Positions 1-10,975 of a stretch of DNA of 64,000 bases are shown here, piece after piece. Position 1 is the first letter of the stretch, and every line of letters begins with the position of its first letter. The stretch is taken from assembly GCA_018670435.1 (NCBI GenBank), contig JABHRC010000037.1, forward strand, positions 25,467 to 89,466. The letters are read 5' to 3'. The position numbers were made by a program, and so were the translations under genes. Under the pieces are notes generated by a model. It searched no databases and had not been told where the DNA came from. It saw nothing but the letters and a program-made list of their open reading frames with translations. The DNA is from Gammaproteobacteria bacterium (GTDB taxonomy: Bacteria; Pseudomonadota; Gammaproteobacteria; GCA-002705445; GCA-002716945).

Positions 1-226
1 TGTTAGCATTAGAAGGAAGAATAATTTCTTTTGTTAATAGCTTAATTACATCAGCTATTGGCTGAAGAAACCCAAAAGGGCCAACTCTAGTTGGCCCTAA
101 TCTTGACTGCATAAATCCAATAATCTTCCTTTCGGAATAAGTCGTATATGCAACTATTAAAAATAATGGCAATACAACCATTATAATATCAACCAAAATA
201 TCAAGTATTAAAAATATAATATTCAT
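1..226 (-). CDS. nuoH: NADH-quinone oxidoreductase subunit H, N-terminal 75 codons (runs off window)
   Basis: My translation of the minus strand from ATG at 226: [71 protein letters not shown]. This is the NuoH/ND1 N-terminal signature (ERK..G.MQ.R.GP..VGP.G.LQP.AD..KL..KE). ATGA overlap with the nuoG stop; position directly after nuoG. Confidence 0.9.
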   Translation of the reverse strand, partial: MNIIFLILDILVDIIMVVLPLFLIVAYTTYSERKIIGFMQSRLGPTRVGPFGFLQPIADVIKLLTKEIILPSNAN

Positions 227-2337
227 TTTGTCACATTAGTTTGTAGATTATCTGATTGACTAATTATATTTTTATTATTAATTTTTTTATTCATTAAAGA
301 AACTTGTCTGAGAGATTCTGACCTTCTAACTATTAAATCAGTTTCATTAGTCTCACGGGATAAATCATGGACTATTACATTTTCCATATCATTATTAGAA
401 TTAATATCACTCATATCAGAAACGGGAGTGCTGAAATTAAGGCCATCTAAAGATTCAGCTAACTCACCTCTAATCTCATCTATTGAATAATCTCCTAAAT
501 TATTTAATTTCAAAATATCATTAAGTATAGACCACCCTACATGTATATTTTTACTTGGCTGTACTATTGGCTGGAACGTTTGATAAGTTCCCTCAATATT
601 TATGTACCCTCCATCTGTTTCCGCAAAGGTAGTTATTGGAATAATAATATCAGCATACTTTTCTATGATTGGAGTAATATAACTAGTAAAAAATATATTA
701 CACTTAGATGTGTCAAGTGCATGCTCAAGGTCTTGTTTATTAAAAAAATCAAACTCAGGTTCTAAATTATAAAAGATATAGGACGAAAGATGACTCTTTA
801 TCATCTCGTAAGAATTCTTCCCGATTTGTCTAGGCTTTCCTCCACCTAGTTCTCTGTGAGGTAAATTACCCAAGAGCCATCCTGAAGTAGAGTTACAAAA
901 TTCTGTCAAGAATCCAATATTTGCATCTATCGATGAACTAAATTCAGATATTTTTCTTAGGATACTAGATTGATTGGGTGATCTAGAAACTGATGGTCCT
1001 ATAATAAACAATGTCTCACCATTCTCTAAAGAAAAATTACTAGTATTTAAAAATAAGTCAATATTATCATGCGTAATAATTTGCTTATGATGCAGAGAGA
1101 AATTCTCTTCTAAAGAGTTGAAATTAAAAGAATATACTTTTGTATTATTTTTTGCGAGAGCATTTAGTCTTATTGAGAGAACTGGATATTCTGTTTTAAC
1201 ATTCACACCCACTAAGATAATATTTTTATACTTTTTGAGGTCATTAAGATTACAGCCTAGCGAGGGCATTATTGGATAACTATCTTGATAAGAAAAATCA
1301 CTTTCTTTTGTTCGATGATCTATATTTGTGATACCAAGCTTCTTAAATATTTTTTGAAATAAAAAATGTTCCTCAGACGTAGACTGTCCTGAGATTAAAC
1401 ATCCGATATTCTCTTGCCCATACTCCTTGATATTTTTGCTAATCAAATCATTAACTTGATGTGACATAGAATCAAAATCAATTTCAACTAATTTACCATC
1501 GACCTTAATTAAAGTTTTCTCAGCTCTATCTTTGGCATAAATACCTTCATAACCAAATCTATCACGATCTGATAACCAAGTTTGATTAATTTCTGAGTTT
1601 TCAGATGGTACTGCTCTGACGATTTTATTGTTATATATATGATAGTTTATATTAGAACCTATGCAGTCATGAGGAGAAATACCGCATATTTGTTTCAAAT
1701 CCCATGTTCTAGCTTTGTATCTATAGGGTTTATTATTCAGCGCTCCTACAGGACAAAGATCAATCATGTTTGCAGATAATTCAGATGAAACACCCTCCTC
1801 TATAAAGACATCAATCTTCATATCCTCTCCACGATTAAGCAATCCGAGTTCTTTTACATTGCTTATCTCTTCGCCAAATCGAACACATCGCGAACAATGT
1901 ATACATCTTGTCATATCCGTTGAAATCAAGGGGCTGATATCTTTATCAACAACTACTCGTTTAAATTGCATATACTGAGAATGGTCATCACCATGCTCTA
2001 GAGATATGTCCTGTAATTCACACTCTCCTCCTTGATCACATATAGGGCAGTCAAGCGGATGATTGATTAATAAAAATTCCATTGAATTTTTTTGAGCAAT
2101 CTTTGTTTTTTCAGAACCTGTAGAAACTCTCATCTCATCTCGTAATGGAGTTGAACATGCAGGTTGTGCATATTTTACACCTTCAACATCAACTAAACAC
2201 ATTCTACAGCTAGCTACAACAGATAAATGTTTATGGTAACAAAATCTAGGGATATGAATTCCTACTTTATCGCATAACTCTATAATGGTTTCATCTGGAT
2301 TTGCATTATACTCTTTATCATTTATAAAAACTTTCAT
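223..2337 (-). CDS. nuoG: NADH-quinone oxidoreductase subunit G (75 kDa-type)
   Basis: 704 aa ORF with N-terminal Fe-S cysteine motifs ([48 protein letters not shown]); lies between nuoF and nuoH. Confidence 0.95.
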   Translation of the reverse strand: MKVFINDKEYNANPDETIIELCDKVGIHIPRFCYHKHLSVVASCRMCLVDVEGVKYAQPACSTPLRDEMRVSTGSEKTKIAQKNSMEFLLINHPLDCPICDQGGECELQDISLEHGDDHSQYMQFKRVVVDKDISPLISTDMTRCIHCSRCVRFGEEISNVKELGLLNRGEDMKIDVFIEEGVSSELSANMIDLCPVGALNNKPYRYKARTWDLKQICGISPHDCIGSNINYHIYNNKIVRAVPSENSEINQTWLSDRDRFGYEGIYAKDRAEKTLIKVDGKLVEIDFDSMSHQVNDLISKNIKEYGQENIGCLISGQSTSEEHFLFQKIFKKLGITNIDHRTKESDFSYQDSYPIMPSLGCNLNDLKKYKNIILVGVNVKTEYPVLSIRLNALAKNNTKVYSFNFNSLEENFSLHHKQIITHDNIDLFLNTSNFSLENGETLFIIGPSVSRSPNQSSILRKISEFSSSIDANIGFLTEFCNSTSGWLLGNLPHRELGGGKPRQIGKNSYEMIKSHLSSYIFYNLEPEFDFFNKQDLEHALDTSKCNIFFTSYITPIIEKYADIIIPITTFAETDGGYINIEGTYQTFQPIVQPSKNIHVGWSILNDILKLNNLGDYSIDEIRGELAESLDGLNFSTPVSDMSDINSNNDMENVIVHDLSRETNETDLIVRRSESLRQVSLMNKKINNKNIISQSDNLQTNVTK

Positions 2338-2339
2338 TA

Positions 2340-3608
2340 TCAGGAGACCATGGATTCTTTTTTATCAACATAATACTCAAATTCGGACCAGAAGTTTTTT
2401 AAAAAACTTCTGACAGGCATTGCTGCTGCATCACCCAATGCACATATGCAATGGCCTTCAATTTGAGTGGCTATTCTTTCTAACTGATGCAAGTCATTCT
2501 GCGTACCATTTCCTGAAATAATGTTTGTTAATATTTTATATAACCAGCCAGTTCCTTCTCTGCATGGCGTACATTGACCACATGACTCAGAATAATAAAA
2601 TCTAGAAATCCTATGAAGGACAGATACCATGCATGTGGATTCATCCATAACTATAACGCCTCCAGATCCTAGCATTGACCCAACTTCAGTAATAGAATCA
2701 TAATCCATATTAACTTTCATCATAACTTCTCCCTTCACCACAGGAACAGATGATCCTCCTGGAATTACAGCTTTTATATTTTTTTGATTAAATATTCCAC
2801 CAGCCAGATCTAATAAATCCGAGAATGGCGTTCCAAGAGCAATCTCAAAATTACCAGGATTATTTATATGTCCACTCATGCAAAATATTTTCATTCCTTC
2901 AGAATCATCAACACCCAAAGATTTATACCACCCAGGCTCATTCAACATAATCTTAGGTACGCTTGCAAGTGTTTCAGTATTATTGATGATTGTTGGTTTA
3001 TCATATAATCCTTTAATTGCTGGAAACGGAGGCTTAATTCTTGGCATTCCACGTTTGCCTTCAATTGATTCTAACATTGCTGTTTCTTCGCCTACTATGT
3101 ATGCTCCGGCACCAATCAGAGCATGCAGGTCAATTGTAATATTAGACGATAAAATATTTTCACCTATGAGTTTTTCTTCATAAGCTTCTGACAATGCATC
3201 ATTAAAAACTTTCCATTGCTCATCCATGAATTCACCACGAAGATAATTATAACCAACAGATGCTCCTATCGCATAACTTGCTATTAACATTCCTTCTATT
3301 ACTGCATGTGGGTTATATCTCAAAATATCTCTATCTTTGCAAGTACCGGGTTCACTTTCGTCTGAATTGCATACCAAATACTTTTGTCCATCCATCAAAG
3401 GAATGAAAGACCATTTTAAACCTGTTAAAAAACCTGCACCTCCTTTTCCACGTAAACCGGAGTCTTTAATCTTTTCAATAATTTTTGACTTAGGTGTTTG
3501 CTCTTTGACTATATTTTTCCAAGCTAGGTAACCATTATTATCTAAATATGTTTTGAGGGAACCAGGGTCTTTTAAATCAAACGTGTCAGTGCATAACTTA
3601 ATCGTCAT
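2340..3608 (-). CDS. nuoF: NADH-quinone oxidoreductase subunit F
   Basis: GLRGKGGAGF FMN/NADH motif and ESCGQCTPCREG 4Fe-4S motif; operon position. Confidence 0.96.
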   Translation of the reverse strand: MTIKLCTDTFDLKDPGSLKTYLDNNGYLAWKNIVKEQTPKSKIIEKIKDSGLRGKGGAGFLTGLKWSFIPLMDGQKYLVCNSDESEPGTCKDRDILRYNPHAVIEGMLIASYAIGASVGYNYLRGEFMDEQWKVFNDALSEAYEEKLIGENILSSNITIDLHALIGAGAYIVGEETAMLESIEGKRGMPRIKPPFPAIKGLYDKPTIINNTETLASVPKIMLNEPGWYKSLGVDDSEGMKIFCMSGHINNPGNFEIALGTPFSDLLDLAGGIFNQKNIKAVIPGGSSVPVVKGEVMMKVNMDYDSITEVGSMLGSGGVIVMDESTCMVSVLHRISRFYYSESCGQCTPCREGTGWLYKILTNIISGNGTQNDLHQLERIATQIEGHCICALGDAAAMPVRSFLKNFWSEFEYYVDKKESMVS

Positions 3609-4095
3609 TTATATTCTCCAAGATTTGATCAACCTTTTCTAATGTAAGATTTTCATAATTTTTGTGGTTAATTTGCATCATTGGCCCACCGTTACAGGCT
3701 GCTAAACACTCAATTTCATCTTTAAGATAAAACTTATTATCGCTGGTTGACTCCCCAACTTTTATTTTCAGCTTATTCTCAATATATGAGAGTATCTGAT
3801 CTGATCCTCTCAACATGCAAGAAACATTATTACATACAGCTATAACATTCTTGCCAACAGGAACAGTGTTGATCATAGTATAAAAAGTAGCTACCTCATA
3901 TATATCTATTTCACTAACTGACAAATAATCAGATAACGCTTTAATGATATTTTTTGTAATGAAACCTCGATTGTGATGTTGTAGAATTAATAAACTTTCA
4001 ATAACTGCAGATCTTTTTTTATCCAATGGGAATTTTTTCACGACATCATTGATTAATCCCGCTAACTCTTCATTAATTATAAATTCTTGACTCAT
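3598..4095 (-). CDS. nuoE: NADH-quinone oxidoreductase subunit E
   Basis: 165 aa thioredoxin-like 2Fe-2S protein ([10 protein letters not shown] ... [10 protein letters not shown]); operon position. Confidence 0.93.
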   Translation of the reverse strand: MSQEFIINEELAGLINDVVKKFPLDKKRSAVIESLLILQHHNRGFITKNIIKALSDYLSVSEIDIYEVATFYTMINTVPVGKNVIAVCNNVSCMLRGSDQILSYIENKLKIKVGESTSDNKFYLKDEIECLAACNGGPMMQINHKNYENLTLEKVDQILENINDD

Positions 4096-5345
4096 CTGTC
4101 AATTTCTCCAAAAACTATATCCTGAGTACCTATGATTGTGACTACATCTGATAACATATGATCTTTGCACATTTCATTTAGAGCAGCTAAATGTGGAAAC
4201 CCTGGAGCTCGTATTTTTAATCTAAAAGGTTTGTTTGCGCCATCAGATATCATGTATACTCCAAACTCTCCCTTTGGTGCTTCAACAGCCGTATAAACTT
4301 CTCCTTTTGGCACGCAGTAACCCTCTGTAAATAATTTAAAGTGATGTATTAAAGACTCCATCTCAACTTTCATATTTTCTCTACTAGGTGGAGCAACTTT
4401 AGCGTCATCAATCATTATTGATCCTGGATTTTTATTTAGCCATTTAACACATTGCTTTATGATTTTATTTGATTGTCTTAACTCTTCCATTCTTACCAAA
4501 TATCTATCATATGAATCTCCTGTTTTGCCAACTGGAATATCAAATTTCATTTTATCGTAAACTTCATATGGTTGTTTTTTTCTAAGATCCCAGTCTAACC
4601 CAGAGCCACGCAACATTGGTCCAGTAAAACCTAATTCAATTGCTCTTTCAGGTTCTACTATTCCTATTCCTACTGTTCTCTGTTTCCAAATTCTATTATC
4701 AGTTAAAAGATTTTCGTATTCATCCACACAGCTAGGGAATCTAGAGGTGAAATCATCAATAAAATCCAACATACTCCCTTCTCTATTATAATTTTGATCA
4801 CTGAGCTGATCATTATTTTTATATGATGATTTTATATATTTTGGCATCTTAGAAGGTAGATCTCTAGCAACTCCTCCTGGTCTATAATACGTTGCATGCA
4901 TTCTAGTTCCCGATACTGCTTCATAACAATCCATCAAATCTTCTCTTTCTCTAAATGCATACAAGAAGACTGACATGGCTCCGATATCTAAAGCATGTGC
5001 ACCAAGCCATAAAAGATGATTCAGGATTCTTGTAATCTCATCAAACATAACTCTTATATATTTAGCTCTTTCAGGTGTTTCAATGCTAAGTAATTTCTCA
5101 ATTGCTAAAACATAAGCATGCTCATTACACATCATAGATACATAATCCAGTCTATCCATATATCCTATAGACTGATTATAAGGTTTAGATTCAGCTAACT
5201 TTTCTGTTGCTCGATGCAGTAATCCAATATGAGGATCAGCACTCTTGATAATCTCACCCTCCATTTGCAATACTAGTCTTAACACACCATGAGCTGCAGG
5301 ATGTTGAGGTCCAAAATTCATAGTAAAATTTTTGAACTCTTTCAT
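4092..5345 (-). CDS. nuoD: NADH-quinone oxidoreductase subunit D (separate from C)
   Basis: [17 protein letters not shown]-terminal signature, 417 aa; operon position. Confidence 0.96.
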   Translation of the reverse strand: MKEFKNFTMNFGPQHPAAHGVLRLVLQMEGEIIKSADPHIGLLHRATEKLAESKPYNQSIGYMDRLDYVSMMCNEHAYVLAIEKLLSIETPERAKYIRVMFDEITRILNHLLWLGAHALDIGAMSVFLYAFREREDLMDCYEAVSGTRMHATYYRPGGVARDLPSKMPKYIKSSYKNNDQLSDQNYNREGSMLDFIDDFTSRFPSCVDEYENLLTDNRIWKQRTVGIGIVEPERAIELGFTGPMLRGSGLDWDLRKKQPYEVYDKMKFDIPVGKTGDSYDRYLVRMEELRQSNKIIKQCVKWLNKNPGSIMIDDAKVAPPSRENMKVEMESLIHHFKLFTEGYCVPKGEVYTAVEAPKGEFGVYMISDGANKPFRLKIRAPGFPHLAALNEMCKDHMLSDVVTIIGTQDIVFGEIDR

Positions 5346-5998
5346 TATTTATCTTCTCTAATTACTTTAGGCACTAACACTCTAGGCATTATATCTACAG
5401 GCTCCTGTATTATTCTTTTTAAAGCAGGGTCATATCTAATCTGAACATTACCTGTTAATGGAAAGTCTTTCCTGAAAGGATGTCCTATAAAACCATAGTC
5501 AGTTAATAGTCGTCTAAGATCTGGGTGTTCTTCGAATAATATTCCAAATAAATCAAACGCTTCTCTTTCATACCAATTTGCTGCTGGCCATAATGATGTT
5601 AATGATTTTATTATAGGTGGCTCGTCATTGAGATAAGTTTTTACTCTAATTCTATTATTATTTGAGATTGATAATAAGTGGTATACGACGCAGAATCTAT
5701 TATCCATTCTATTTTGTATTTGTTTGTGCTCAAACTTTATCCTGCCATGCGATGATGGTTTAATTCCTCTACTATAACCTGTTGAAGTTGCCTCTTTTGT
5801 ACTCCATTCTGTTTCACCATAAGTGTAATAATCTACCGCACATATATCAGTTAGCTGTATAAAATCTAATTCTTTATTATTTTTTAGAGTGCTCATTACA
5901 TCAAGCAATGAGTCTTTATGAATTTTCATTGTTAACATATCTGTACACTCTTCTAATTCATATTGATCGACAATATGTTTGGCAATTATTTTTTTCAT
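5345..5998 (-). CDS. nuoC: NADH-quinone oxidoreductase subunit C
   Basis: [22 protein letters not shown] 30 kDa-subunit signature; operon position. Confidence 0.93.
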   Translation of the reverse strand: MKKIIAKHIVDQYELEECTDMLTMKIHKDSLLDVMSTLKNNKELDFIQLTDICAVDYYTYGETEWSTKEATSTGYSRGIKPSSHGRIKFEHKQIQNRMDNRFCVVYHLLSISNNNRIRVKTYLNDEPPIIKSLTSLWPAANWYEREAFDLFGILFEEHPDLRRLLTDYGFIGHPFRKDFPLTGNVQIRYDPALKRIIQEPVDIMPRVLVPKVIREDK

Positions 5999-6517
5999 TC
6001 AAAAGTCTCTGTTAGGTCTATCAGCTATTATAGTGTTCTTTTTTCTTATTTTATTCTGTAACTGTAAAATACCATATAACAATGCTTCGGCAGTGGGAGG
6101 GCATCCGGGTACATATATATCTACTGGAACGATTCTGTCGCAACCTCTCACAACTGAGTATGAATAATGATAATAACCACCACCATTTGCACATGACCCC
6201 ATTGAAATGACCCATTTAGGATCAGCCATCTGGTCATAAACTTTTCTAAGAGCTGGAGCCATTTTATTAACTAGTGTTCCCGCAACTATCATTACATCAG
6301 ACTGTCTAGGGCTTGGTCTAAATAACATGCCAAATCTATCGATATCATATCTTGAAGCTCCAGCATGCATCATCTCTACTGCACAACAAGCTAATCCAAA
6401 TGTCATTGGCCACATAGAACCTGTTCTTGCCCAGTCAAATAAATTAGTTGATTTAGCTAGGACAAATCCATCTTTATGTATGTTTTCTAATCCCATTCTA
6501 ATGCCCCCTTTTTCCAT
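5999..6517 (-). CDS. nuoB: NADH-quinone oxidoreductase subunit B
   Basis: [20 protein letters not shown] and PGCPP Fe-S motifs. The start could instead be the ATG at 6496 (MGLENIH...); either start overlaps the nuoA end. Confidence 0.95.
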   Translation of the reverse strand: MEKGGIRMGLENIHKDGFVLAKSTNLFDWARTGSMWPMTFGLACCAVEMMHAGASRYDIDRFGMLFRPSPRQSDVMIVAGTLVNKMAPALRKVYDQMADPKWVISMGSCANGGGYYHYSYSVVRGCDRIVPVDIYVPGCPPTAEALLYGILQLQNKIRKKNTIIADRPNRDF

Positions 6518-6843
6518 TCATAAATAAATCCGACAATCAAAATTAATAAAAATATTGCCATTGAGACAAGTCCATGTATTCCAATATCATGAATGACTAT
6601 TGCCCAAGGAAATAGAAAAGCTATTTCTAAATCAAAAATAATAAATAATATGGCTACTAGATAATATCTAATATCAAATTTCATTCTTGTATCTTCAAAT
6701 GCTTCAAACCCACATTCATAGGGCGAATTCTTCTCTATATCAGGATTATGAGGTCCAAATGTAAAACCAATACTAAGCATTATGGTCGCAAATATGAGCG
6801 CAAAGACTAAAAAAATAAATATTGGTAAATACTCTAATAACAT
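6487..6843 (-). CDS. nuoA: NADH-quinone oxidoreductase subunit A
   Basis: Three-TM small protein with the YECGF motif. I chose the ATG at 6843 (MLLEYLPIF...), giving the usual ~118 aa, rather than the ORF-track start at 6897. Confidence 0.9.
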   Translation of the reverse strand: MLLEYLPIFIFLVFALIFATIMLSIGFTFGPHNPDIEKNSPYECGFEAFEDTRMKFDIRYYLVAILFIIFDLEIAFLFPWAIVIHDIGIHGLVSMAIFLLILIVGFIYEWKKGALEWD

Positions 6844-6945
6844 AACATTCTCATTATATCCTATAAATATATTACATACTATTATCTGAGTAATCATGTG
6901 ATTTTGGTGCTATTTAATAGTCATAAAAATGATAAAATAATATCA

Positions 6946-7521
6946 ATGAATAACACTCAAAACCTTAGTAAAACTAGCGAAATATATGAGAATATATGGG
7001 TTTGCATGGATAAAGGTGTAAATGACAGACTTTCTGACTACCATACGTTTTCATTATCTACTTCGTGTAAAATGATTCCTGAAATCAGAACAGTAGTTCT
7101 TAGAGGTTGTGATAGAGAAAAGCAACGTATAATTTTTCATACAAATAATTTAACAAAGAAAGTTAATGAGATACAAGATAATCCAAATGTCGGAGCCTTG
7201 TTCTATGATAAAAAAGCAAAGGTCCAAATTAGATTTAATGGTATTGCAGTTATAAATAATGGGGATGAATATTGCAAGAATAGATGGAATAAAATGAGTT
7301 CCCAATCACAAGAATGCTATTATCAAAATGTAGCACCTGGTAAAGATATTCAGTATCCGGAAATAGTTAAAAATCAACTGGAGAACAAGCTAAGTAAAAA
7401 TTTTACTGTTATTACAATCAATATACATAGAATTGAGTGGCTATACCTGTCATCTACTGGACACACGAGAGTGAAGTTCCTAAAAGATAAAAAATTTTCT
7501 GGTCAATGGATAGCGCCATAG
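6946..7521 (+). CDS. Pyridoxamine 5'-phosphate oxidase family FMN-binding protein (PdxH-like, not clearly true PdxH)
   Basis: By-eye similarity to the PdxH fold: EIRTVVLRG...IFHTN..TKKVNEIQDNPNVGALFY and a C-terminal RIEWLYL...H.R..F....W..AP tail. ATG at 6946 preferred over GTG at 6898. Confidence 0.6.
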   Translation: MNNTQNLSKTSEIYENIWVCMDKGVNDRLSDYHTFSLSTSCKMIPEIRTVVLRGCDREKQRIIFHTNNLTKKVNEIQDNPNVGALFYDKKAKVQIRFNGIAVINNGDEYCKNRWNKMSSQSQECYYQNVAPGKDIQYPEIVKNQLENKLSKNFTVITINIHRIEWLYLSSTGHTRVKFLKDKKFSGQWIAP

Positions 7522-7525
7522 ATTT

Positions 7526-7607
7526 TGCCGATGGCCGGAGTCGAACCGGCACGACTCGCGTCACAGCCTTCTTAGGACTGCGTGTCTACCAATTCCACCA
7601 CATCGGC
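7526..7607 (-). tRNA. tRNA-Leu (type II, long variable arm); hand fold gives anticodon AAG; no encoded CCA
   Basis: Reverse complement: GCCGATG TG GTGGAATTGGTAGACACG CAGTC CTAAGAA GGCTG TGACGCGAGTCGT GCCGG TTCGACT CCGGC CATCGGC A. The 7-bp acceptor stem, the D arm identical to E. coli Leu tRNAs as I recall them, the T loop TTCGACT and discriminator A73 all fit. The position immediately 3' of secG matches E. coli secG-leuU. Confidence 0.9.
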
Positions 7608-7611
7608 TAAA

Positions 7612-7935
7612 CTAAGGAAGATCCTTTGTGTCAATTGAATCTAGAGGCTTCGTATTTGTCTGCGGTTGGTTTGTATTTTCTATCAAACTATCACTGACAG
7701 GTGATGTATTTGAAGCAAAATATGCTAATGATAAGCTTGTTAGGAAGAAAGAAAGCGCGATAACTGTTGTTATTTTAGTCAGAAATGTAGCACTACCCTG
7801 CGCTCCAAATACTGTTGACGATGCTCCGCTTCCAAATGCAGCTCCCGCGTCTGCGCCTTTCCCATGTTGAACTAATATAAGAACAACTAGAGAAATAGCC
7901 AAAATTATATGAATACTTAATATTATTGTTTGCAT
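7612..7935 (-). CDS. secG: Preprotein translocase subunit SecG
   Basis: 107 aa, two TM segments with a G-rich loop ([25 protein letters not shown]); conserved position between tpiA and tRNA-Leu. Confidence 0.9.
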   Translation of the reverse strand: MQTIILSIHIILAISLVVLILVQHGKGADAGAAFGSGASSTVFGAQGSATFLTKITTVIALSFFLTSLSLAYFASNTSPVSDSLIENTNQPQTNTKPLDSIDTKDLP

Positions 7936-7947
7936 GATGTAGTTATC

Positions 7948-8730
7948 TCAAATTGAAGAGCAAATATCAATAAATTTTTTAGAATTTAATGATGCTCCTC
8001 CTACTAATGCCCCATTTACATTAGAAAGGACAAGTATTGATGCTGCATTTAAATTATTTACACTACCTCCATATAAAATTTTAATGCTATTCGTCTTTGT
8101 TCCTAATATCTTACTAAGACTATTGTGAATATAGCCATGTACATCACGTATATCATCTAGACTTGCAGTTTTACCAGTACCAATGGCCCATACTGGCTCA
8201 TAGGCAATAATAATTTTATTATGATCTGATTTAATTAAATTAGCCGATTTTACTAAAGCTGATTTTAGCTGTCGTAAAATTACTTTTTTTGTCGACTTTG
8301 AATTATATTCAGCCATAGTTTCTCCGACACATAAAATTGTCTGCATACCAGATTCTATTGATAGTCGTACTTTTTTAGAAATAATTTTTTCATCTTCATT
8401 AAAAACATGTCTTCTTTCTGAGTGACCTACTAATGTATAATTACAGTTGTAGTCTTTTGTCATATCAACAGATAGCTCACCAGTATAGGCACCGTTTTGA
8501 TATGGAGATATATTTTGCGCACCTAAAGAAATCTTTTTTCTTGAAACCTTATGATGCTTTAATCTATTCAATATAGTCTCAAGATATATTGCAGGAGGTA
8601 ATATTAAAATATCACATGTAGGTTTTGCTTTTTTATATAAACGAATAAAATTATTTATTAACCTAATTAATGATTTAGCATCACCATTCTGTTTCCAATT
8701 TGCAGCTATAAGATATTTTTGATTGTTCAT
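7948..8730 (-). CDS. tpiA: Triose-phosphate isomerase
   Basis: AANWKQNG, VGHSERR and AYEPVWAIGTGK motifs. Confidence 0.95.
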   Translation of the reverse strand: MNNQKYLIAANWKQNGDAKSLIRLINNFIRLYKKAKPTCDILILPPAIYLETILNRLKHHKVSRKKISLGAQNISPYQNGAYTGELSVDMTKDYNCNYTLVGHSERRHVFNEDEKIISKKVRLSIESGMQTILCVGETMAEYNSKSTKKVILRQLKSALVKSANLIKSDHNKIIIAYEPVWAIGTGKTASLDDIRDVHGYIHNSLSKILGTKTNSIKILYGGSVNNLNAASILVLSNVNGALVGGASLNSKKFIDICSSI

Positions 8731-10157
8731 ACTATTGTATTTTTATTAATATTATCATAAAAGTACCTAGAAAGTATTTCTATTTTCTCCGCATCTTCAT
8801 GCTCTATTAACAATCTAATTAGATTTTCTGTTCCAGATGGTCTCAACAATAATCTTCCACTTGACCCTATCATTTTTTCTAATTTAGAAAAAACTTTAAT
8901 ATTTAACTTATCTTCAAAGAATTTTTTCTTATCTGTAACCTTAGTGTTAAATAATTTACTTGGAATAGAAGTTATTTGATTTTTAAGCTCATCTATACTT
9001 TTATCTTGTTTGAAAATAACTTCTAGAAAATTTATTAATGTAATAATTCCATCACCAACATATAAACGATCAGAAACAGGAGATAATATATGTCCAGATG
9101 ATTCACCGCCAAACGTGGACCCCGATCTAATCATTTCTCTAAGTACATGTTTGTCACCAATATCTGTTTCAATGAAAGTAATATTATTTTTTTTATACAA
9201 ACTTTGTATTCCATAATTAGTCATTTGAGTTCCTACAATTGGATTATTATTATTATTAGTTATTTTGTGAAAAAGAGCGAATATATATAAAGTGTCATCA
9301 CCATTAATCTCTTTTCCACATGGTGATATAAATATTACACGATCACCATCACCATCAAGTGCAACACCCAGATCAATCTTTAAATCTTTGGGTATTCCAG
9401 TTTTATTATAATCAGAGCTATTTGCCTTTACATTATTAAAATCTAATATAAATTTCTTTAAGCCTTCTATATTAGTTGCGCCACAATTATCGTTAATATT
9501 TTTGCCAGTAGGCTCATTATGGATAGGTATTATATTGATAAAGCTATCCATTAATATCTTTTCTACAACATGAGATGATGCTCCATTAGCGCAGTCAACT
9601 AAAATATTAAATTTTTCTTTGGGAACCTTCACATCTTTCATTTTTAATGAAAAATAGTTATTGAGATAATTAATATAATACTTATTAAAGTCCTCTGAAG
9701 AATTACTTTTAGAGTTCTGTTGGTTATTAATATTTATCTCTTCTTTCCCATTAAAATAATTATTCTCTATTTTCTCTTCCAAGTCGTTACCTAACTTAAA
9801 ACCATTTTTATCAAAAAACTTAACCCCATTATCATGAAAAGGATTGTGAGATGCTGTTATCTGAATCCCTGCATACAACCCTTGACTTAATCCTGGCATA
9901 TTCATACAAATACTTAATGCAGGGGTAGGGAGAAGTCCTATAGAAATAACTCCTGAACCTTGATGTTTTATTCCAATGGACAAAGCTAACTCAATTTCAG
10001 ATGAAGACTCTCTACCATCATTACTTATATAAACCTGTCCTTTTTCATTATCAAATAAAGATTTAGCGAAAGCATAACCGATCTTAATAAGATGGGTATG
10101 GTCAATAGGTGGCTCATTAAATTTACCTCTAATCCCATCTGTGCCAAATAACTTCAT
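8727..10157 (-). CDS. glmM: Phosphoglucosamine mutase
   Basis: MKLFGTDGIRG start, active-site TASHNP, metal site DGDGDR; folP-glmM synteny. Contains N/K-rich insertions. Confidence 0.94.
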   Translation of the reverse strand: MKLFGTDGIRGKFNEPPIDHTHLIKIGYAFAKSLFDNEKGQVYISNDGRESSSEIELALSIGIKHQGSGVISIGLLPTPALSICMNMPGLSQGLYAGIQITASHNPFHDNGVKFFDKNGFKLGNDLEEKIENNYFNGKEEININNQQNSKSNSSEDFNKYYINYLNNYFSLKMKDVKVPKEKFNILVDCANGASSHVVEKILMDSFINIIPIHNEPTGKNINDNCGATNIEGLKKFILDFNNVKANSSDYNKTGIPKDLKIDLGVALDGDGDRVIFISPCGKEINGDDTLYIFALFHKITNNNNNPIVGTQMTNYGIQSLYKKNNITFIETDIGDKHVLREMIRSGSTFGGESSGHILSPVSDRLYVGDGIITLINFLEVIFKQDKSIDELKNQITSIPSKLFNTKVTDKKKFFEDKLNIKVFSKLEKMIGSSGRLLLRPSGTENLIRLLIEHEDAEKIEILSRYFYDNINKNTIV

Positions 10158-10972
10158 GCTTCGTCTCTAATAATATTTTCTGCTAAATGGACAGCTATTT
10201 TTGTCTGCCTCACATCATGTGTTCTTATAATTTTAGCACTATTTAGTATTGCGATGACAGCACTTGCGATAGATCCGTTTAATCTATCACTTGTATTTTT
10301 ATTTAATAAATTACCTATCATACTTTTTCTTGAGGTACCTATTAAAATATTTTGACTAATTGCAGTAAACTCTTTCAAGTTATTTAGGAGCTCATAATTA
10401 TGGTCAAGTGTTTTTCCAAAACCAAATCCAGGATCTATAATTATTTTATCCATAGAGATACCATGAGAAACGCAAAACTTCACCCTATCTTCTAAATAAG
10501 ATTTCACAGTGCCAACAACAGATGTATAGTTGGGATTATTTTGCATTGTTTCAGGGTTATCTAACATATGCATTAAACATATATGTGTATTGTTTTCTTT
10601 AATAATATTAACAAACCTCTCGTCAGAGATAGATGATATGTCATTAATAATATTAATCTTATAAGGTAATAATTTAAGAATAACATCAGGTTTTGTTGAA
10701 TCTATGGAAATAGGAATATCATAGTTTTCTCTAATTTTGCTAACAACAGGAAGTAATCTATCAATTTCTTCTTGTATTGATATTCTTACTGATCCAGGCC
10801 TTGAAGATTCGCCACCTATATCAATGATATCCATTCCCTCAGTTATCATTTGATCTACTCTAAACATCATATTATCAAGCTTGATATATTTCCCACCATC
10901 ATAAAAGGAATCGGGGGTTACATTTAATATACCCATGATTTGAGATTTATTATTACTAAAATTTAGATTCAT
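10154..10972 (-). CDS. folP: Dihydropteroate synthase
   Basis: GILNVTPDSFYDGG and DIGGESSRPG motifs; ftsH-folP-glmM synteny. Confidence 0.94.
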   Translation of the reverse strand: MNLNFSNNKSQIMGILNVTPDSFYDGGKYIKLDNMMFRVDQMITEGMDIIDIGGESSRPGSVRISIQEEIDRLLPVVSKIRENYDIPISIDSTKPDVILKLLPYKINIINDISSISDERFVNIIKENNTHICLMHMLDNPETMQNNPNYTSVVGTVKSYLEDRVKFCVSHGISMDKIIIDPGFGFGKTLDHNYELLNNLKEFTAISQNILIGTSRKSMIGNLLNKNTSDRLNGSIASAVIAILNSAKIIRTHDVRQTKIAVHLAENIIRDEA

Positions 10973-10975
10973 TTA

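Noticed and set aside
6844-6897. N-terminal extensions suggested by the ORF track for nuoA. The same applies to carB 19379-19414, petA 25238-25285, petC 23435-23479, mlaC 33819-33854, mlaA 33825-33875, mpl 51100-51141, msrB 52454-52477, rapZ 40401-40409, argF 44585-44596 and the PNPOx-like gene 6898-6945.
   Set aside because: Internal ATG codons give products that begin at the conserved N-terminus or at a proper signal peptide, lipobox or Tat motif. Several of the upstream starts are GTG or TTG. The longer forms would add non-conserved residues or create large overlaps.
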